Source: an uncultured bacterium (GTDB lineage: Bacteria; Bacillota; Clostridia; Oscillospirales; Oscillospiraceae). Taken from it: a DNA stretch of 39,386 nucleotides. Under the pieces are notes generated by a model that made no database searches, was not told where the DNA came from, and saw only the letters and a list, made by a program, of their open reading frames with translations. The stretch covers positions 1 to 39,386 of the forward strand of contig CASFKT010000001.1 of the NCBI GenBank assembly GCA_949295195.1. Direction: 5' to 3'. The position numbers were made by a program, and so were the translations under genes. Shown here in pieces: positions 1-13,714 of this stretch; the first letter of the stretch is position 1, and every line of letters starts with the position of its first letter.

Positions 1-128
1 AGGGATTTTTTCGCCAGACAAGGCGATTTGACGCGGCAATACTTTGTGTATTGCAAGGAAAATCAACGCAGTATGGCGGAAAAAGAACCGCCGTTTGGGT
101 ATATTGACATTTTTCAAACATGGCCCAG
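1..128. repeat. Palindromic MITE-like interspersed repeat, left end outside the window
   Basis: Central hairpin gcaatac-tttgt-gtattgc (36-54) flanked by imperfect arms (tttttcgccagac..gattt / aaatc..gtatggcggaaaaa). Ends in ttttcaaacatggcccag, similar to ttttcaaacagggcctag at 24865-24882. Confidence 0.5.
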
Positions 129-129
129 A

Positions 130-215
130 TGAAAACAGAGCCGTCTCCGGCTGTGCCCCGAGATGACGCCGTGCGCATTGGAACGCGCACCTCAGCTTCT
201 CCGGGGCGATGCAGT
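130..215 (-). ncRNA. Candidate structured small RNA or attenuator leader
   Basis: Follows a minus-strand promoter. Stem gccccggaga/tctcggggc encloses hairpin tgcgc-gttccaat-gcgca, then agccg-gaga-cggct plus ctgtttt. Family not recognised. Confidence 0.4.
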
Positions 216-222
216 AAAATTT

Positions 223-251
223 ATTATACCAAGTTCCATGGGAATTGACAA
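223..251 (-). promoter_or_regulatory. Sigma-A-type promoter
   Basis: TTGTCA-17 bp-TATAAT with TG extended -10 on the minus strand. Confidence 0.7.
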
Positions 252-342
252 GTGCGGAGTGGACCTGTCCCGGCGTGGGAACCTTTTGCGGTCTGAATCA
301 GCCGCCCGCGGGGCTGTGGGAGGAAAAAACTCATTTTCCCTC

Positions 343-371
343 TTTTCAAACGGCGGCTTTTCCGGTATAAT
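343..371 (+). promoter_or_regulatory. Probable sigma-A promoter of the permease
   Basis: TTTTCA-17 bp-TATAAT, about 70 bp upstream of ATG 440. Confidence 0.5.
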
Positions 372-439
372 AATAACCCTGCTATCGAGACACTTTACAG
401 CGTTACAGCGTTAAACAGAGGAACTGGGAAAGGAATGTT

Positions 440-1789
440 ATGGAAGAACAACTGACCAAAAAATACGGCCTGCCCACCGCCATTGCCATGGTGATCGGCA
501 TCGTCATTGGAAGCGGAATCTTCTTCAAAGCGGAAAAAATCCTCACTGCAACCGGCGGCGATCTGAAGACGGGAATACTGGCCTGGCTGCTGGGCGGATG
601 CATCGCCATTGCCAGTGCCTGCGCCTTCGCGGTGATGGCCACCCGCTATGAGAAGGTGGGCGGCGTGGTGGACTACGCCGAGGCCACCGTGGGGGAGAAC
701 TACGCCTATTACCTGGGCTGGTTTATGGCGGCGGTGTACTTCCCCTGCCTCACCAGCACTCTGTGCTGGGTGTCCGCCCGGTACACCTGCGTCCTGCTGG
801 GCTATGACATTTTGAGCGGCCCCTGTCTGGCCATCACCATGCTCTACATGGCCCTGGTATACTTTATGAACGCCACCGCCCCCAGGCTGGCGGGCAAGTT
901 CCAGGTCTCTCTCACCGTCATCAAGCTGGTGCCCATCCTGCTCATGGCAGTCATCGGCACTGTAGCCGGGCTGCGCTCCGGCCTGATTGTGGAGAACTTC
1001 ACCGCCGCCGCGGCAGCGGATGCGGTGGAAAGCCCCCTCTTTGCCGCGCTGGCGGCCACCTCTTTCGCCTATGAGGGCTGGGTCATCGCCACCACCATCA
1101 ACGCGGAGATCAAAAACGCCAAGCGCAACCTGCCCCTGGCCCTGGTGTTCGGCGTGGGCGCCATCATGCTCATCTATCTGTTCTACTACGTGGGCATCGC
1201 CGGGGCGGTCCCCAACTCCGTGATGATGGAGAACGGGGAGCAGGGCGCCCGCATCGCCTTCTCCACCATCTTCGGCCCGGTGGCCGGAACGGGGCTGTTT
1301 GTGTTTGTGGTCCTCTCCTGCCTGGGCACCTGCAACGGCCTGATGATGGCCTGCACCCGGGGCTTCTACTCCATCGCCGCCCGGGGCCGTGGGCCCAAGG
1401 CGGAGCTGCTCGCGCAGGTGGACCGGTACACCAACATGCCCAACAACGCCGCCTCGGCGGGACTGGTCATGTGCGCCTTCTGGTGCTGCTACTTCTACTT
1501 CGGAGCCCTCCTCAATGAGCTGGGCCCCTTCCGGTTCGACTCCTCCGAGCTGCCGGTGATCACCCTGTACGCCATGTATATCCCCATCTACCTGATGTTT
1601 ATGAAGAAGGCCAGGGACGAGCGCCCCTTCCGCCGCTTCGTCCTCCCCGCCCTGGCGCTGATCGGGGCGGTATTCATGATCCTGGCCGCCGTCTTCTCCT
1701 ACAAGATGGACTGCGTCTACTACCTGCTGGTGTACGCGGTGGCCATGGCGCTTGGCTGGCTCCTGGACCGAAAGAACCACAAACAATAG
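440..1789 (+). CDS. APC-family amino acid permease
   Basis: 449 aa, many hydrophobic segments, TM1 GIVIGSGIF and TM6 FAYEGW motifs, EIKNAKRNLP; RBS aagga. Confidence 0.92.
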   Translation: MEEQLTKKYGLPTAIAMVIGIVIGSGIFFKAEKILTATGGDLKTGILAWLLGGCIAIASACAFAVMATRYEKVGGVVDYAEATVGENYAYYLGWFMAAVYFPCLTSTLCWVSARYTCVLLGYDILSGPCLAITMLYMALVYFMNATAPRLAGKFQVSLTVIKLVPILLMAVIGTVAGLRSGLIVENFTAAAAADAVESPLFAALAATSFAYEGWVIATTINAEIKNAKRNLPLALVFGVGAIMLIYLFYYVGIAGAVPNSVMMENGEQGARIAFSTIFGPVAGTGLFVFVVLSCLGTCNGLMMACTRGFYSIAARGRGPKAELLAQVDRYTNMPNNAASAGLVMCAFWCCYFYFGALLNELGPFRFDSSELPVITLYAMYIPIYLMFMKKARDERPFRRFVLPALALIGAVFMILAAVFSYKMDCVYYLLVYAVAMALGWLLDRKNHKQ

Positions 1790-1794
1790 AACAC

Positions 1795-1830
1795 ATGAAA
1801 AGGCCGCGGACTTTGAGTCCGCGGCCTTTT

Positions 1831-1834
<4 letters not shown>
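1795..1834. terminator. Bidirectional intrinsic terminator
   Basis: aaaaggccgcggact-ttg-agtccgcggcctttt between the convergent permease and ftsK genes. Confidence 0.9.
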
Positions 1835-4629
<2,795 letters not shown>

Positions 4630-4661
4630 AGCGTTTGAGATCCTTTCTCAGGAGATCGCGG

Positions 4662-5513
4662 TCACGCCGCGGGGACCAGGGTGACGTTCAGGAGGCTGAG
4701 TATCAGGAACACTCCGCCCGCAATCCAGCAGTAGTAGGCGAAGGCCCCGAATTTGCCCTTGGAGGCCAGCAGGTTCACAAGGCCGATGGAGAAATAGCCC
4801 ACCACGCCGGCGATGACCATGCCCAGCAGATACTTGGGCAACATGGCGGCGTCAATGGAGCCGGCCTGGACCACGTCCACCACCTCCAGCAGGGTGGCCC
4901 CCAGCACGGCGGGCAGGGACATGAGGAAGGAGAAGCGGACGGCAAACTTCCGGTCCAGCCCCAGGGCCATTCCGGCGGCGATGGTGCTGCCGGAGCGGGA
5001 CAGGCCGGGCAGGGTAGCAAAGCCCTGGGCCACGCCGATGAGCAGGGCGTCCAGCAGCGTGGTGTTCCGGGCGTTCTTGCGGCCCTTGGCCATGCGGTCC
5101 GAGGCGAAGAGCACCACGCCGGTGAGCAGCAGGATGCAGCTCACCGCAGCCGGGTAGTTGCCCACCTGCTCCACATAGTCCTTGATGGGCAGCACCAGGA
5201 ACAGGGGCAGGGTGGCCACGATCAGCAGCAGGATCTGCCGCCGGGCGGCGGGGGGCTCTCCCCGGGTGGGGGTGCGGGAGAACAAGTCCCCAAAGAAGCG
5301 GAAGAACTCCAGGATCATCTCCCAGATGTCACGCCAGTAGTAGACGCACACCGCAATCAGGGTGGCAAAGTGGAGCAGGATGTTGAACAGGTTGTCCGGC
5401 TCGCTCATTCCGAAAAAATGCTGAAACAGGGTCAGGTGCCCGGAACTGGAGATGGGCAGAAATTCCGCGACGCCCTGGATTACGCCCAGGACGGCGACCA
5501 TGATGTACGACAC
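4662..5513 (-). CDS. uppP: Undecaprenyl-diphosphate phosphatase (BacA/UppP)
   Basis: QGVAEFLPISSSGH and PGLSRSGST motifs. GTG start chosen from the ggagg RBS. Confidence 0.95.
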   Translation of the reverse strand: MSYIMVAVLGVIQGVAEFLPISSSGHLTLFQHFFGMSEPDNLFNILLHFATLIAVCVYYWRDIWEMILEFFRFFGDLFSRTPTRGEPPAARRQILLLIVATLPLFLVLPIKDYVEQVGNYPAAVSCILLLTGVVLFASDRMAKGRKNARNTTLLDALLIGVAQGFATLPGLSRSGSTIAAGMALGLDRKFAVRFSFLMSLPAVLGATLLEVVDVVQAGSIDAAMLPKYLLGMVIAGVVGYFSIGLVNLLASKGKFGAFAYYCWIAGGVFLILSLLNVTLVPAA

Positions 5514-5624
5514 AGTGCAGGTACCTCCGTTATGGTAGTTTTCAAAAATGGACGCTGTCATATATATTAGCACATCACATCGGAGAATACCAGCATTTTT
5601 CGGAAATCTTAAAGCCGGCCGCCC

Positions 5625-6521
5625 TCACCTCTCCCCCGCGGCCCGGTATTCCCGGGGCGTGCAGCGGTAGAAGCGCCTGAACTGCTTGGCGAAATTGCTG
5701 GGGCTGCCGAACCCGCAGGCCAGGGACAGCTCTGAGACGCTCCGCTCCGGATGGCGCAGCAGCAGCTCCGCCCCCTGCGTCACCCGGTATTTCAGCAGGT
5801 ACTGGATGGGGGAGCACTGGATGGTCTTTTGAAAGCAGCGCAGGCACTCCCGCTCCCCGATGTCGGCCGCCCGCGCGATGTCCGGCAGGGTGATCTCCCC
5901 GGCGTAGTTCTGATGGATGTACTCCAGCATTCTCCGCATGCGCAGGTTGTCCAGGCTCTGCCCCGCCCCGGGGCGGTCCATTTGAGGCTGAAACGTCTGA
6001 ATCAGCTGAAAGGCGAGGCGGGACAGGCAGTCCCGCACCAAAAACTCATAGCCGTCCGGCTCGCCCTCCACCGCCTCGAAGGCCCGGCGGAAGCTGTCCG
6101 CCGCCTCCCGCTCCCCCTCCTCCGGGAAGAGAAAGCCGGTGAAGGCGGGACAGCGGATCAGCGGGTCTATGTACCGCCGGGCAAATACGGAGTGCTCGCC
6201 GCCGGTGAGCAGGGACGGGTGGAACACCAGAGAGCGCAGCTCGCAGAAGTCCGGGGCCCTCCCGGCGTGGAGCATATTGGAGTTGACCGCAAAGAGATCG
6301 CCCGTCCGGAGCAGGACGGTCTCCGACGCCGTCCTCCACTCCAGCGCACCCTCCTGTACATAGAGGAGCTCCAGTTCCTCGTGCCAGTGCCATGGAATCC
6401 CGTCCCTCTGCTGTCCGGTGTAGCGGGTGGAGTACCCCGCGCAGGGAAACTCCAGCGTCCCGTGGGGCTGAAGCTCCTTCAGCCCCCGGTCCAGATTCAG
6501 CCCGCACTCCTGAAGCGACAT
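5625..6521 (-). CDS. AraC-family transcriptional regulator
   Basis: Cupin N-terminus (WHWHEELE) and C-terminal double HTH (CGFGSPSNFAKQFRR..TPREY). Start could be GTG 6530. Confidence 0.93.
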   Translation of the reverse strand: MSLQECGLNLDRGLKELQPHGTLEFPCAGYSTRYTGQQRDGIPWHWHEELELLYVQEGALEWRTASETVLLRTGDLFAVNSNMLHAGRAPDFCELRSLVFHPSLLTGGEHSVFARRYIDPLIRCPAFTGFLFPEEGEREAADSFRRAFEAVEGEPDGYEFLVRDCLSRLAFQLIQTFQPQMDRPGAGQSLDNLRMRRMLEYIHQNYAGEITLPDIARAADIGERECLRCFQKTIQCSPIQYLLKYRVTQGAELLLRHPERSVSELSLACGFGSPSNFAKQFRRFYRCTPREYRAAGER

Positions 6522-6564
6522 GCGGCACACCCCCGGTCTCCGCCAAACTTGGCGGTTTTCTTAT

Positions 6565-6613
6565 ATTATAAGTCTAAAATTGAATTGATTCAAGGCCGCT
6601 TTGTCGGTATGAT
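6565..6613. promoter_or_regulatory. Overlapping divergent sigma-A promoters (AraC / MFS)
   Basis: Plus: TTGATT(6585)-17-TATGAT(6608). Minus: TTGAAT(6593)-17-TATAAT(6570). The -35 boxes overlap. Confidence 0.6.
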
Positions 6614-6644
6614 GTGAAAAGCAACATTGACAGGAGGCAATCCA

Positions 6645-7841
6645 ATGTTTCATCTGCTTCTAGGGATTATCTATCTCGCGTTTGTCAGCCTGGGCCTGCC
6701 GGACTCCCTGCTGGGCGCGGCGTGGCCCAGCATATATCCGGAGTTCTCCGTCCCGGTCTCCTATATGGGAGGGATCTCCATGATCATCGCGGCGGGCACC
6801 ATCGTCTCCAGCCTGCAGAGCGGCCGCCTGACCGCCCGCTTCGGCACGGGGCGGGTGACCGCCTTCAGCGTGCTGCTGACGGCGGCGGCCCTCTTCGGCT
6901 TCTCCATCAGCCGCTCCTACCTGGAGCTGTGCCTGTGGGCGGTCCCCTACGGCCTGGGGGCGGGCTGTGTGGACGCGTCTCTGAACAACTATGTGGCTCT
7001 CCACTACGCCAGCCGCCACATGAGCTGGCTCCACTGCATGTGGGGGGTGGGGGCCTCCCTCGGGCCCGCCATTCTGGGCCTGGCCCTCTCCGGCGGCCAG
7101 AGCTGGAGCATGGGGTACCGCTCCATCGCGGCCCTTCAGATCCTTCTGACGGCCGTTCTCTTCCTCAGCCTCCCCCTCTGGGGCCGCGCCCCCTCGGCCG
7201 GAGACCAGGACGGCCCCTCCCCCGCCCCGGCGGCCCGAGCCCTCTCCCTGCCCCAGATCGTCCGGATTCCCGGGGCAAAGGAGGTTATGCTCACCTTTTT
7301 CTGCTACTGCGCGCTGGAGCAGACCACGGGGCTCTGGGCCAGCAGCTATCTGGTGCTGCAGTGGGGGCTCTCCTCTGAGACCGCCGCCCATTTCGCCAGC
7401 CTGTTTTTCATCGGGATCACGGTGGGGCGGGCCCTCAGCGGGTTTTTGACCTTAAAGTGCTCGGACGCCCAGATGGTGCGCCTTGGGCAGGGCGTCGTCC
7501 TGGGCGGCCTCATCCTGCTGCTTCTGCCTCTGGGGGAGCGGGCCGCACTGCCGGGCCTGATTCTCATTGGGCTGGGCTGCGCCCCCATCTACCCTTCCAT
7601 CATCCACGCCACCCCCGAGCACTTCGGCCCGGCCTGCTCACAGGCCATGATCGGGGTTCAGATGGCCTCCGCCTACGTGGGTACCTGCCTGATGCCGCCG
7701 TTCTTCGGCCTGCTGGCCAATCACATCGATGTGTCGCTGCTGCCGGGATATCTGCTGGTGATTCTGGTTCTGATGACCGCCAGCCACGAGGGGCTGCTGC
7801 GGCGCACCGCAGGCCGGCCGGCCGAATCCGCCGCCTGCTGA
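6645..7841 (+). CDS. MFS transporter
   Basis: About 12 TM segments, GRLTARFGTGRV motif-A-like loop; aggagg RBS before ATG 6645. Confidence 0.9.
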   Translation: MFHLLLGIIYLAFVSLGLPDSLLGAAWPSIYPEFSVPVSYMGGISMIIAAGTIVSSLQSGRLTARFGTGRVTAFSVLLTAAALFGFSISRSYLELCLWAVPYGLGAGCVDASLNNYVALHYASRHMSWLHCMWGVGASLGPAILGLALSGGQSWSMGYRSIAALQILLTAVLFLSLPLWGRAPSAGDQDGPSPAPAARALSLPQIVRIPGAKEVMLTFFCYCALEQTTGLWASSYLVLQWGLSSETAAHFASLFFIGITVGRALSGFLTLKCSDAQMVRLGQGVVLGGLILLLLPLGERAALPGLILIGLGCAPIYPSIIHATPEHFGPACSQAMIGVQMASAYVGTCLMPPFFGLLANHIDVSLLPGYLLVILVLMTASHEGLLRRTAGRPAESAAC

Positions 7842-7852
7842 TCCAATCAGAA

Positions 7853-7918
7853 ACCCGCCGCCCGCGGTGAGAGGGTCCTCCAAAATCGGAGCCCCTCCCC
7901 CGCGGGCGGCGGGTCTGT
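7853..7918. terminator. Long hairpin / bidirectional terminator
   Basis: acccgccgcccgcgg...ccgcgggcggcgggt between convergent genes. Confidence 0.7.
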
Positions 7919-7937
7919 ATTTCTGTATTGTGGATGC

Positions 7938-8741
7938 TCAGTCGGACAGCAGAATCCGGTCGTTGTCCAGGTCCTTCCCGGCCCCGGCCCGGAACCGCTC
8001 CAGAAAGTCGTTCACCGTCATGCCGGCGCGCTCCTCCCCCCGGACGTCCAGAACGATGTTTCCGGAGTCCATCATCAGGGTTCGGTTGCCCAGCTCCAGG
8101 GCGTTTTTCATATTGTGGGTGACCATGAGGGTGGTGATGCTGTGCTGGGACACCACGTCCCGGGTGATCTTCAGCACCTTCTCCGCCGTCCCCGGGTCCA
8201 GCGCCGCCGTGTGCTCGTCCAGCAGCAGCAGCTTGGGGGGATTCATGGTGGCCATGAGCAGGGTCAGGGCCTGGCGCTGTCCGCCGGACAGCAGGCCCAC
8301 CGGCTGGCGCATCCGGTCCTCCAGCCCCATGTCCAGCAGAGAGAGCCGGTCCTGAAACCGCTTCCGGTCCGCCTTCGTCATGGGGGAGAACCACCCGCCG
8401 CTGCCCGCGGCCAGGGCCAGATTCTCCTCAATGGTCATGTGGGGGGCAGTGCCCCGCATGGGGTCCTGGAACAGCCGGCCGATCTGGCGGCTGCGCTTGT
8501 GGGCGGGCAGATAGGTGATGTCCTGCCCGTCCAGGGCGATGGAGCCCTCGTCCACGTAGAAGTCCCCGGCGATGGCGTTGAACAGGGTGGACTTGCCCGC
8601 CCCGTTGGAGCCCACGATGGTGACGAAATCCCCCGCCGCCAGCTGGAGAGACAGGCCGCTCAGGGCCTGCTTCTCATTGACGGTGCCGGGGTTGAAGGTC
8701 TTGGCAATGTTCTGGATCACCAGCATATCCATGTCACTCAC
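7938..8741 (-). CDS. ABC transporter ATP-binding protein (aromatic amino acid/Trp importer type)
   Basis: GSNGAGKS, LSGGQRQ, LLLLDEHTAALDP. Confidence 0.93.
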   Translation of the reverse strand: MSDMDMLVIQNIAKTFNPGTVNEKQALSGLSLQLAAGDFVTIVGSNGAGKSTLFNAIAGDFYVDEGSIALDGQDITYLPAHKRSRQIGRLFQDPMRGTAPHMTIEENLALAAGSGGWFSPMTKADRKRFQDRLSLLDMGLEDRMRQPVGLLSGGQRQALTLLMATMNPPKLLLLDEHTAALDPGTAEKVLKITRDVVSQHSITTLMVTHNMKNALELGNRTLMMDSGNIVLDVRGEERAGMTVNDFLERFRAGAGKDLDNDRILLSD

Positions 8742-9639
8742 CTCTCCTTCCTGCCAGCGCGCGGCGCTTCTGCATCTGGAACGCGGCCCACCGGCGCACC
8801 GCCGGAGCGGCGATGGCCACCCCTACGATGACTGCGGACACCAGCTTCATGTAGTCCGCGGGCACGTTGAACCGCAGGGCGGCGGCGTAGATGAACCGGT
8901 AGATGATGCTGCCGGCCACCACGCCCAGCACCCGCCGGGTCATGGAGCCCTTGCCAATGAGGGTCTCCCCGATGACCAGGGCGGCCAGGGCCAGCACCAC
9001 CATGCCGGTGCCGCTGTTCACATCGGCGAAGGTGCTGTACTGGGCCACCATGGCGCCGGACAGGCCGGTCATGGCGTTGGCCACGCACAGGCCCACGGTG
9101 ATGGTAAAGTTGGGGTTGATGGAGGAGGCCCGCACCATGTCCGCGTTGTCCCCGGTGGCCCGGATGGACAGGCCCAGCCGGGTGCCCAAAAAGAGGACCA
9201 GCAGGGCGCACAGGGCCAGAACAATGATGGCGGTCACCGCCAGCTCATACCAGCTCCCCGCGAAGCCGGCGTCCTTGGCCATGGTGTAGATGGTGTCGGT
9301 CTGGAACAGGGACTGGTTGCTCTTGCCCATGACCATCAGGTTGATGCTGTACAGGCCGATGTTGGTGACGATGCCTGCCAGAATGGAGGGCACCGCCAGC
9401 TTGGTCTGCAGAAAAGCGGTGATGAACCCGGCCGCCGCCGAGGCCGCCATGCCGGCGGGCAGGGCCAGGATGGGGTGTCCCGCCAGACACATCATGGCGG
9501 ACACGGCGCTGCCCAGCACAAAGGCGCCGTCGGTGGTCATATCGGCAATATTCAAGATGGAAAAGCTGAGAAACAGGGCCAAGGCGATGGGGGCGTAGAG
9601 AAATCCCGCCTCCAGCGCGGCCTGAACAATGGTCAGCAC
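8734..9639 (-). CDS. ABC transporter permease
   Basis: Hydrophobic, ADMTTDGAF and GLSIRATGDN motifs; overlaps the ATPase start. Confidence 0.92.
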   Translation of the reverse strand: MLTIVQAALEAGFLYAPIALALFLSFSILNIADMTTDGAFVLGSAVSAMMCLAGHPILALPAGMAASAAAGFITAFLQTKLAVPSILAGIVTNIGLYSINLMVMGKSNQSLFQTDTIYTMAKDAGFAGSWYELAVTAIIVLALCALLVLFLGTRLGLSIRATGDNADMVRASSINPNFTITVGLCVANAMTGLSGAMVAQYSTFADVNSGTGMVVLALAALVIGETLIGKGSMTRRVLGVVAGSIIYRFIYAAALRFNVPADYMKLVSAVIVGVAIAAPAVRRWAAFQMQKRRALAGRRGE

Positions 9640-9671
9640 AGTGGAACGCTCCTCTCAATCAAAACAGGCCG

Positions 9672-9699
9672 CTACCCCCCGCCGGCCGGCGAGGGGTAG
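9672..9699. other. Intercistronic hairpin after the substrate-binding protein gene
   Basis: ctacccc-ccgccggccggcga-ggggtag inverted repeat. Confidence 0.55.
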
Positions 9700-9721
9700 A
9701 AACGGCTTTTTCAGAATCCAA

Positions 9722-10753
9722 TCAGTCCTGGGTGGTCTGGACCTCCACCACCTGGGACCCCATGTCCTGGAACAGGGAGTAGTCCAGACCCAGCGTGGAG
9801 GCAGTGTCGGTGTTTACGGTGATGATGTCGCCAGACACGGTGACATACTCGGGGAACTCCCCGGTCTGGAGGACCTCCAGGGCCAAATCGGCGGTCTGGG
9901 TGCCCAGATCGGTGTAGTTGACGCCACAGGTGGCGAAAGCGCCGTTGCGCACGAAGGAGTCGGCCCCGGCGTAGTGGGGGATGCCCGCCTCAGCCAGGAT
10001 GGGGGCGATGGCCAGCTCGGTGGCCTGGACGGCGTTGTCGGTGGGGGTGAACACCGCGTCCACCTGGCCCAGCATGGAGTTGACGGCGGCAATGATCTCG
10101 TCGGAGGTGGTGCCCGTCTTCTCCAGATAGGAGACGCCCTTCTCATCCAGATAGGCCTTGGCATCCTCGATGGCGGGGGCACTGTTCACCTCGGAGGTGG
10201 AGTACAGCAGGCCCACCGTCTGGATGTCCGGGTCGGCCGCCAGCATCATGTCCAGCAGCAGCTCTACGTTCAGTGCGTCGCTGGTGCCGGTGACATAGTC
10301 GATGCCGGTGAGGTTGGCCACCTCGGGGTAGCTGACGGTGCCGTAGATCACCGGGGTCTGGCTCTCCTCCGCCACGGACACCATCTGCTGGGCGGCCAGG
10401 GTGCCGATGGGGATGATGGCGTCATACTGGTCGGCCAGGATCTGAGCGCCGATCTGAGACAGCGTAGAGGTGTCGTTGTTGCCGTTGAAGTCCTCATAGC
10501 TGATGGTGAGACTCAGCTCCGCCGCCTTGGCATCCAGCTCGGCAAAGATGGCGTCCCGGATCTCGTTCATGGACGCGTGGTCCAGCTGCCGGACCACGGC
10601 GATCTTGTAGCCGCCGTCCGCGGGGGCCGCCTCGCCGCTACCGGCGGGGTCTTGGGCGGAACTGCTGGAGCCGCCGGAGCAGGCGGCCAGGGACAGGGCG
10701 AGAGACAGGGACAGGGACGCGGCCAAAAGCTTCTTCATCGTGTTCTTTTTCAT
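9722..10753 (-). CDS. ABC transporter substrate-binding lipoprotein, probably tryptophan
   Basis: Lipobox LAAC, HASMNEIRDA, VTGTSD, FTPTDN; ggagg RBS before MKKN; upstream T-box with a UGG specifier. Confidence 0.9.
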   Translation of the reverse strand: MKKNTMKKLLAASLSLSLALSLAACSGGSSSSAQDPAGSGEAAPADGGYKIAVVRQLDHASMNEIRDAIFAELDAKAAELSLTISYEDFNGNNDTSTLSQIGAQILADQYDAIIPIGTLAAQQMVSVAEESQTPVIYGTVSYPEVANLTGIDYVTGTSDALNVELLLDMMLAADPDIQTVGLLYSTSEVNSAPAIEDAKAYLDEKGVSYLEKTGTTSDEIIAAVNSMLGQVDAVFTPTDNAVQATELAIAPILAEAGIPHYAGADSFVRNGAFATCGVNYTDLGTQTADLALEVLQTGEFPEYVTVSGDIITVNTDTASTLGLDYSLFQDMGSQVVEVQTTQD

Positions 10754-10844
10754 GGGAATACCTCCATAGTCTGCCCGCTTGGGGCTGAAATGTTTCTGGG
10801 TGGGTGATGGAGGGGCCGCTGCCAACGGCCTTGATTTTGGAGTA

Positions 10845-11110
10845 TAAAAAAACAGCCCCTTATCCCCTATGGGACAAGAGCTGCACTCCTGCGATACCAC
10901 CCAAATTGACGTTTTAAACGTCCGCTCGCTTCACGCGCCATCACGCGTGCCCGATGGATAACGGGTGGGTCCCCGTCGGCATCTACTTGGTCTCCCGTTC
11001 AAGCCGCCCTCGAAAGTCCATTCACTCGGCCGCGCCCCGCCCCGATCTCACCACCCGGGACTCTCTTCAGGTTTACCGCACCGGCTACTACTCTTTCTCG
11101 CAGGTTTCAT
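10845..11110 (-). ncRNA. T-box riboswitch, Trp (UGG) specifier
   Basis: Minus strand: AGAGA and GGTGAGA boxes, gtgaaTGGact specifier (11018-11020), T-box aatttgggtggtatcgc (10891-10907), terminator cagctcttgtccc/gggataaggggctg plus T-run. Confidence 0.93.
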
Positions 11111-11130
11111 GCTGTTTGGTTGTTGGGGCT

Positions 11131-11160
11131 ATTATAGCCGCCCCTCCCCCTGTTTGTCAA
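11131..11160 (-). promoter_or_regulatory. Sigma-A promoter of the T-box operon
   Basis: TTGACA-18 bp-TATAAT. Confidence 0.85.
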
Positions 11161-11216
11161 GCATCAATTTTTCCGGACGCGGACCTTTTTTTCACGGCGC
11201 CAGCCCCAGGCAGAAA

Positions 11217-11252
11217 GCCCGCCGCCCGAAAAAAGCGTTTCAGGCGGCGGGC
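11217..11252 (-). terminator. Probable terminator of the GS III gene
   Basis: gcccgccgcc..gaaa / tttc..ggcggcgggc inverted repeat downstream of the stop. Confidence 0.6.
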
Positions 11253-11288
11253 AAAGGTGTAGCTCAATAACAAGAAAGGAAAACTGCC

Positions 11289-13397
<2,109 letters not shown>

Positions 13398-13435
13398 ACT
13401 TTCAAACCCTTTCCTTAGCATACAAGCTCCCCGAA

Positions 13436-13561
13436 ACGAAAAGAGGGACAAGCCCGCCCCCTCCGGACACGCTTGTCCCCTCCGCAGACCGGCGCCCTCT
13501 CAGCGTTGCGGTCCACTGGGTGCATTGTATTAAGAATACCGTACCGGCGGGCAATTTGCAA
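13436..13561 (-). promoter_or_regulatory. Promoter plus terminator-containing leader (attenuator) of GS III
   Basis: TTGCAA(13561)-17-TATTCT(13538). Leader stem gaggggacaagc/gcttgtccctc followed by ttttcgttt before the RBS. Confidence 0.7.
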
Positions 13562-13647
13562 GTCTTGAAACCCACAAACTTCAGAAACCTCCGGGAACCG
13601 GATGTGGAATTTTCCACGAAAAGGGGCTCAGCGGCGCAAACATCCGC

Positions 13648-13675
13648 TTGACAGGAGGTTTCAGGCCGTTATACT
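13648..13675 (+). promoter_or_regulatory. Sigma-A promoter of glnA
   Basis: TTGACA-16 bp-TATACT. Confidence 0.75.
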
Positions 13676-13714
13676 GTTTTTATCAGCCAAAACCTGCGGA
13701 AAGGGGATACAACT

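Noticed and set aside
245-275. Plus-strand TTGACA at 245-250
   Set aside because: No -10 element at a suitable spacing; the same bases fit a complete minus-strand promoter.
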